This document shows, one piece after another, positions 63,150 through 64,000 of a stretch of 64,000 nucleotides of DNA. This DNA is from Mobula hypostoma (Eukaryota), in assembly GCF_963921235.1 (NCBI RefSeq), contig NC_086097.1, positions 18,416,001 through 18,480,000 on the forward strand, written 5' to 3'. The notes under the pieces are model-generated. The model ran no database searches, had not been told where the DNA came from, and was given only the letters and a program-made list of their open reading frames with translations. How positions within the stretch are numbered: position 1 is the first letter of the stretch; each line of letters opens with the position of its first letter. The position numbers and the translations under genes were made by a program.

Positions 63150-64000
63150 ATAGAGTCATAGAGTCATATAAAAGTACAGCACAGAAACAGGCCCCTCAGC
63201 CCATCTAGTCTTTCCCAAGCCATAAATGCCTGCTCACATCGACTGGCAACAGGGACATACGCTCCATGTCCCTAACATCCATGTACAGTACCTATCCAAA
63301 TTTCTCTTAAGCATTGAAATTGAGCTCTCATGCTCCTCTTGTGCTAGCAACCAGTTCTACACTCTTAAGACCCTCTGAGTGAAGAAGTTTTCCCTCATGT
63401 TCCCCTTAAACATTTCACCTTTCACTTGTAGCCCATGACCTGTAGTCGTAGTCCCAGCCAACCTTAGTGAAATAAGCCTGCTTGCATTTACCCTATCTAT
63501 ACCCCTCAAAATTTTGTATACCTCTGTTAAATCTTCTCTCAACCTTTTGCATCCGAGGAATAAAGTCCTAACCTATTCAAACTTTCCCTATATCTCAGGT
63601 CATCTAGACCCTGCAACATCCTTGTAAGTTTTCTCAGTACTCTTTCAACCTTACTTACATCTTTCCTGTAAGTGGGTGACTGAAGCTGCAACAGGGTAAT
63701 CCAAATTAGGTATCGCCAATGTCTTGTACAACTTCAACATAACATTCCATCTCCTGTACTCTACACATTAACTTGTGAAGGCCAATGTGCCAAAAGCTTT
63801 CTTTATGACCCTGTCAACCTGTGACACTACTTTCAATGAACTATAGACTGGCATTCCCAGATCCCTTTGTTCCACCACACTTCTTAGTGTCCTACTGTTT
63901 ACTGTGTCAGATCTACCCTAGTTGGTCCTACTGAAGTGAAACACCTCACATTTGTCTGCCTTAAATTCCAACTGCCATATTTTCCATCTGGTCCAGATTC
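63150..64000 (-). mobile_element. CR1 3' part; runs off the window end
   Basis: ORF 63357-63542 REDLTEVYKILRGIDRV...GHGLQVKG...NFFTQRV; reversed (GACTCTAT)n tail at ~63150-63167. Confidence 0.88.

Noticed and set aside
1..64000. CRISPR arrays, operons or other prokaryotic systems
   Set aside because: No regular repeat-spacer array or gene-dense structure; the sequence is vertebrate repeat DNA

Overview
Eukaryotic, repeat-saturated, non-genic (intergenic or deep intronic) DNA. The repeat set (CR1 and Rex1/Babar LINEs, V-SINEs, Penelope elements, Deu-SINE remnants) points by inference to a cartilaginous fish, probably a ray. No intact host protein-coding gene is supportable: every recognisable ORF is a transposon relic. 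Main elements: a full-length decayed CR1 LINE (30095-34440); a 5'-truncated RNase H-bearing Nimb/I-group LINE nested in a solo LTR nested in a Tc1 MITE (35315-38487); two TA-flanked DD34E Tc1 transposons (19201-20788 and 28274-29888); a Rex1/Babar LINE (58210-60180); several solo or paired Gypsy-type LTRs; hAT, Harbinger and mariner relics; and tRNA-derived SINEs with clear TSDs. The most interesting signals are (i) a Sleeping Beauty-like element whose left end is an inverted copy of its right end plus the 3' end of the transposase, (ii) many Penelope terminal repeats carrying minimal hammerhead ribozymes, one with an intact core at 61427-61462, (iii) composite or nested-palindrome MITEs, and (iv) a paired-LTR shell refilled with unrelated TE fragments. 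Family names come from recalled motifs, not from database searches.
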